DNA of 64,000 nt from the human T2T-CHM13v2.0 reference genome, Homo sapiens. Positions 58,028-64,000 of this stretch are shown piece after piece. A program made the translations under genes and the position numbers. Location of the stretch: the NCBI RefSeq assembly GCF_009914755.1, contig NC_060932.1; one strand, written 5' to 3'. The notes under the pieces are model-generated. The model was not told the DNA's origin. It did no database searches and saw only the letters and a program-made list of their open reading frames with translations. How positions within the stretch are numbered: position 1 is the stretch's first letter; each line of letters opens with the position of its first letter.

Positions 58028-58388
58028 GCTGGGCACAGTGGCTCACGCCTGTAATCCCAGCACTTTGGGAGGCTGAGGCAGGTAGATCTCTTGAGGCCAG
58101 ATCTCTTGAGGTGGGTAGATCTCTTGAGGTTTCTTAAGAGACCATCCTGGCAAACATGGTGAAGCCCTGTCTCTACTAAAACTACAAAAAATTAGCTGGA
58201 CGTGATGGCAGGCACCTGTAATCCCAGCTACTTGGAGGCTTAGGCAGGAGAATTGCTTGGACCTGGGAGGCAGAGATTGTTGCAGTGAGCCAAGATTGTG
58301 CCATTGCACTCCATCCTGGGCCACAGAGTGAAACTCCAACTCAAAAAAAAAAAAAGAAAAGAAAAGAAAACAAGAAAGAAAAAAAGAA
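58028..58388 (+). mobile_element. AluS with an internal triplication, inserted in a minus-strand MIR (about 57915-58410)
   Basis: Alu dimer with AGATCTCTTGAGG three times. TSD remnant is AAGAAAC. The MIR core ...aagaaac|caaggctaagagaagttaag is split by the Alu. Confidence 0.9.
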
Positions 58389-58663
58389 ACCAAGGCTAAG
58401 AGAAGTTAAGATTCAATTTGGATATCTCTCTTAAGAAGCCTCTCCTCGTGGCCAAAACTTGGCTATGCCCATACTCCTCTTAATTCCAGAGCATGACTCT
58501 CCCATTGTGAGTTGGACAGGATTTAAAACATGGTCCCCAAATTCTTTGACACTCCTCCTATGAGATCCTAGAAGGCTCACTCACCATTCTATTGCCAGGC
58601 TGGTGCCCCTAGCACACAGTAGGCACTCAGTGAAAAACACATGCTAAAAATGAACTGTCTACA

Positions 58664-58872
58664 GTGGTTACAAGTTGCTGGCAGAGGGAAGAATGGGGAG
58701 ATACCAGAGGATGCAGAATTTCAGTTGGGGATGATGAAAACTTTGAGGAGATGAGTGGTGGTGGATGGTTGCACAACAGTGTGAAAGTACTTAATGCCAC
58801 TGCACCTGCACACTGAAAAATGGTTTAAATGGTAAATTTCATATTATGTGAATTTTTCCACAATAATAAAAA
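58664..58872 (+). mobile_element. L1MB 3' end fragment
   Basis: ttcagttggggatgatgaaaa...gatggttgcacaacagtgtgaa.gtacttaatgccactg...ggtaaatttcatattatg. Confidence 0.85.
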
Positions 58873-60074
58873 GGTCGATGCCCAGTCGCCACTATTACAA
58901 GAAAGGAGGGATCAGCTAGAATTTATTCCAGACATAAATGTAAATGTTTGCTAAGGTATGAGTTAGGACAGTCTATCACCAAGAAAAGTGGTCTTAGTCG
59001 AATTGGGGCAAACCATATTATATATCCAATCTCTCCATCACGTCAGGGGAAGGGAACTATTTCCGACAGAGCCCACACTGGAATGTATTTAAAGACTGTG
59101 TTCACAGCCTAACCTCTTGAGTGATCTATTCTAGAGAATGTGTTTTCTGGTAGCAAGAACATGTGGGGCTGCTCCTGTGACCTCAGCAGATAGGGCGGCC
59201 TCAACATAGACACTGACAGTAATTTCTTAGCTGCTCCTGCCCTTTCAGACTGAAAGTCCTTGGAATCTTCAGGGAAGCACACTGAAAGAAAATGTACCCA
59301 AACAAAAATCTGCAAGTGGCCAAGATTTTGCCTTGCACATGCACCATCCATAAAGGGACCTTCCAGGTATCCTCCCCAACGAGTTCCCATCAGACTGACG
59401 GAGGCTGACTTCTTGAAAACCCTTCCTGCAATATCGAGGAGCTCTTCCTGGTCTCCCATCCAATTGCTTATCCCGTGCAGTTTGAGAGATTGTATCTGTC
59501 TCACAGTTTAAAGATAGAACAGCTGCCAACAGTCCCAAACGATCATTAATAAGTTAACCGTTACCAGATAAGATTGAAATCTATGCCAGTCCTATTTTAA
59601 AGTAATCTCTATGATAATTACTACACAAACTGCTACCCAAATGCCAGCGCTGACGCAAGAGCGAGGGGGTGAGGTTAGGCATCTACTCCCAGCTCAACTG
59701 GAGAATATAGCCTTATCCAGATATCCTTCCCTATCCCCACCCTGTCCCCCACCTCCACCCCCACGAAGAGCAATATCCAATGCTTAAAATGGATTACCAG
59801 TGAAAGGTGACACTTGACACAACTTCCTATCTCCTTTAAAATGAAAACAGAATGGCTTGGTCCTGTCTGTCTGATGCTTTCGTCCAAGTCCAGTGTTGAG
59901 CAGGAAAGCCCTGGAAGACAGCTGAAGAGTTCTCTGCACCCTCACTCAAGAAAACCCAAGGTGAATTTCTAAGCAGCATCTCACCTTCACCTCACCAGCT
60001 CACCATCATCCCCTTTTGCATTTGGATGTTTGAGAGTAAGGGAAGAAAATGGCAAGTTAGAGAAAGAAAAGGCA

Positions 60075-60270
60075 ATAATAATTAGAACAAATACCTACAC
60101 GGCTCTCATTATGTGCCAGGTGCCATTCAAAGGCCTTGCAAAGAAGCTCATTTTGTCCACACAGCAACCCTATGGGGTAGGAATGAGTATCATCCCCATT
60201 TTATAAGTGAGCAAATTGAGACACACAGAAGTTAAGAACCAGCTCAAAGTCTCAAGGTCAGGAAGTGGAA
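60075..60270 (-). mobile_element. MIR
   Basis: atgtgccagg...acagcaaccctatggggtagg...atccccattttata...gagacacacagaagttaag. Confidence 0.85.
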
Positions 60271-60682
60271 GGGAAGGTGGAAAGAGGGGAAGAGCAGGGC
60301 CCTGGGAGGAGACGCTCTGGAGGTGCTCTGATCCTCCCAGGTGTGGGCGGAAGGAAAGCCACAGGGAATGGGGCAGCACACCTGTCTTTCTAACTGCACC
60401 GCAACCACCCCAGTTTATCTTGAGTGCCACTTTCACAGAATGTTACCATGCTCATTAGCCTACTCTGGTACTAAATTTGTCTAACTAGATTTCAGCTGGA
60501 AAAAATACTAAATTACTATCCATAAAAACATAAATCCATAAACTTAATCCAATAAAACAACAGATTTTATTGCTAAGCAACATAAATGTGTGTAGATGAA
60601 AATTAGAGCCAATAATTTAATGCAAGTTATGGTGACTACAGCAAAACAGTAATTCCCAAATTATGTCTACCTTCCATTCCTT

Positions 60683-60843
60683 ATTTTTCAGAGACAGGAT
60701 CTTACTGTGTTGTCCAGGCTAGAACACAGTGGCTAGTCACAGAGGCAATCACAGCTCACTGCAGCCTCCAACTCCTGGGCTCAAACGATCCTCTGTGTCA
60801 GCCTCCAAAGTAACTGGGGACTACAAGTGCATCGACGCCCGAC
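60683..60843 (-). mobile_element. FAM (fossil Alu monomer)
   Basis: Single monomer retaining the 7SL-derived segment cagtggctagtcacagaggcaatc (FAM: cagtggctattcacaggcgcgatc), which FRAM and dimeric Alus lack. Confidence 0.8.
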
Positions 60844-61124
60844 ACCAATTTTTAATATTTGCTTAAGCAAACAAACAGAAGCCATGCATTTCATTGCTAA
60901 CATCTAATCTCTCAGAGCCTATAAATAACCACTCAATTTTTTTTATCAGTTATTTATTTACTCAACAAAACATTTAGTGAAAAATATTGTGTGCTGAGGG
61001 TGCTAGACACTCAGGCTGCAAAGCCAAAAATGTCCTGAAAATAATTTTTCTTTTTAGATCAGTGATCATAGAGAAATAATCATAATAACAATAATGATGA
61101 TGAAACAATGATGGTGCAAAGAAG

Positions 61125-61370
61125 GACAATGACAGCTCACACTTACAGTGGTTACCATGTGCCAGCCAGAGGGCACTGTTCTAATTGTTCACATATGTGA
61201 ACTCATTTAAGCTATTGTGACAGCACTATGAGGTGGTTACTATTATCCTCACTTTACAGAGGAGGAAATGGCCCAGAGAAGTCATGTAACTCCCCTTGAC
61301 CACACAGCTTCAAGAGGTCAAACTGTCCTGCTGGCCCAGGCACTAACTCCAGCATTTGCCTCTCATCAGC
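61125..61370 (-). mobile_element. MIR
   Basis: ccatgtgccag...actcatttaa...tattatcctcactttacagaggaggaaa. Confidence 0.8.
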
Positions 61371-62852
61371 ACATATAGTTGTTCCCCTAGCAGTTGTATT
61401 CAGAGTATTCTCGAAGCTCAGGAAAAGAAAAGCAGGTCAGACTTAGGTAGTGGGTAGGGGATATTAGAAAAGCTTCCAGGAGGAGGTGCTCTTTGAGTTG
61501 AATATTTAAGTATGAATAAGAGCAATGAGGTGAAAAGGACGGGTGTGGGACGTTCTTTACTCTTGGGAAGGAAATGCAGTATCTAAAGGCATGAAGAATA
61601 GCTGATCCCCTTTGGAAACTATATCGTTTGCCAGAGATGGACTGCAGATGACATTTCAAAGAACAGTGAGAGAGGCCCAGAGACTCTGGCCTCTCATCCC
61701 TGCAACGGCCTCTTGTCTCACTCAATGAGGGGAGACTGTGTTATCTCTACTGTGTCTTATCCTGCATTTTATTGAAAATTCTTTTGAATTTTTAACAATT
61801 TCAGGACCTTGTTAGTCTCACCAGAGAGTTAAAATTGTAGACATCCTAAACACACCTATGTCCAAACCCTCTACCCAACAGTTAATCTATGTGTAATGGT
61901 GAGGCTCCTCCTGAAATTATCCATGAAAATACCATCAATCAATCAAACTAAGTTACATTCAGATGTATTAGGTAATTCATCCATCTTTTTCTATAGTATC
62001 AGTGTTTATAGATGAAATTGTTTTATTCATTACTGGTCTTAACACTGATCTCACTGATTCTTCATACATTTGGGGTATGTGTGTATGTGTGTGACTATGA
62101 TGTTATTTGTCTTAATAAGGTCTGTGACAAACAGATTGCTTTATTTTTGCAGATAATAAGATAGAAAGTCATCTTTCTGTCTTTTACAAAAACATAGACC
62201 CCGTGTGTGTCTAATCCTTCCTTAGCCTTCATGCATTTCTCCCCTTCATGAAGAGGCCTTCAAAACAATGGTCTTTCTGGATTAATATCTGGCAATTCCT
62301 TATATGACCTGGAATGCGTGTCAAGAGCTGCTCATAGTTTGACTACATGGGCTTTTTTGGGATATTATTCAGTCATTTTCTCATCTGTCAGAAATATCCT
62401 ACCTTGTGAATCCAGATGGCGTTTGTATTGAAAGGTTAAAACCCAACTATCAGAAGCTCCAATGTTTCCAAGCTCCTTTTTTTTTTTTTCACTTTTCCTT
62501 CTTTATCTTGGCCCTCTCTGTTTGATTACATCCTTGCTTGTTTTTTCACACATTATCAAATGTTGGTATATTTCCTTTTGGATGTTTCCTGAATGTCTAA
62601 CTTTTTAAATATATTTTTGAATTTTGTCTCAACTGCCCACTTCCCTGCTTCTCTCTTTCTTAAGGTCCTGGTAAAATTCAAAGTAGAGTCAGATTGTCAG
62701 TCTACTTACTCTCATGTTCCTCCTGTGAACTGTTAGGGCTATGTTATAGTACTCGCAATTCTGTACTTAAAACAATAAAAACAAAATAAAACTGCTTTTT
62801 CTCCTCTTTGGGTCTACATATTTCTTCATTCTCTTTGTTAATTCAGAATTTT

Positions 62853-63148
<296 letters not shown>

Positions 63149-64000
63149 TCAGCTATTATCCAAACAAGCCACCCTTCCTTTCTTAAGATCCTGAAAAAAC
63201 ATCAAATGTGTGTGTTCATCTATTTTGTGTTAATGTTGAAAAAGTATCATGAAATAGTAACATTACACAGGACAATAATAAAATCAGAGGGCTCCAAGAC
63301 AGTTTTAGAGAACATCTAGTGTCTCTATGACTTTTGAAATGCCAGACTTCCCTGTGGAAGAATTTCCTGACAGTGACACTAATTAAATCCTGAATTAGGT
63401 ATCCAACATGAATTTTATGTGTATCTACTTTAATCATATGCCATAGTTAAAATGGTAAACTCAGGCAATTTATTTTAACTGAAGCCTTTAAAATATTACA
63501 TTTCGATCTGTCATAACAGTTAACATATCATTTTTCTATAAAGAAAGAAACTAAGTTCCTTTCATAATTTATGGCTACCCGAACACAAAGTTGAGGTGGG
63601 AGTTTTCTAAACTTTCATGAATCAAATAAATGCCTATACAAGACTAGTAAGGCAGATGACAATTAAATAGCAGCAGCAACACAGTTAGGTTTGGTTTGGT
63701 TTTATTATAATCAGAAATTTGTTCTTTGCTTGTGATATCTCCTTTCTTATGTAGAGCTGACACATCAACATTTTTCTCACATTCCATCTGAGATTTTCAG
63801 CCAATAGTATCATTTTTCAATAACAACAGTAGCTGTTTCAGAGAGATTATACTACTTACTTTTCCTCATTTTGATAAGGCATAAACCACAAATGTCCTTA
63901 AAAGTTCAGGTTCTCCTTGGCACCCATGAAATTATATTAGAATTTTCAAGTTGGTAGAAACCTGGATTCGATGAGATTTGCTATCTCCCCAGGCTCGCTA

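Noticed and set aside
59109-59504. 131-aa minus-strand ORF as a CDS
   Set aside because: Non-ATG start, no recognisable domain, no convincing splice context, and a length within chance expectation for 64 kb in six frames.
60683-60843. 7SL RNA gene or pseudogene
   Set aside because: It lacks the 7SL S domain and fits FAM instead.

Overview
This 64 kb window is AT-rich, CpG-poor primate (human-like) nuclear DNA, not prokaryotic. About a dozen Alu elements (FAM, J, S and Y classes), a full-length Tigger1 DNA transposon, L1M and L2 LINE fragments, many MIRs, MER5A, MER58A and microsatellites identify it as a large intron or intergenic interval. I find no recognisable protein-coding exon, RNA gene or CpG-island promoter. 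The ORF track is explained by Alus, simple repeats, the dead Tigger1 transposase and chance. I cannot name the locus and see no convincing new biological system. The features worth a second look are small-scale. They include CpG-retaining, motif-dense unique patches that may be enhancers (about 17.1, 28.6, 33.8, 55.8 and 59.5 kb) and a few candidate cryptic or micro-exons. There is also a palindromic AT-rich minisatellite grown out of an Alu tail, a fold-back rearrangement inside an L1, an Alu with an internal triplication, an AluYc/Yd-lineage copy, closely spaced inverted Alu pairs, and strong Z-DNA and G4 motifs. Repeat family calls come from recalled consensus sequences, and old-repeat boundaries are approximate.
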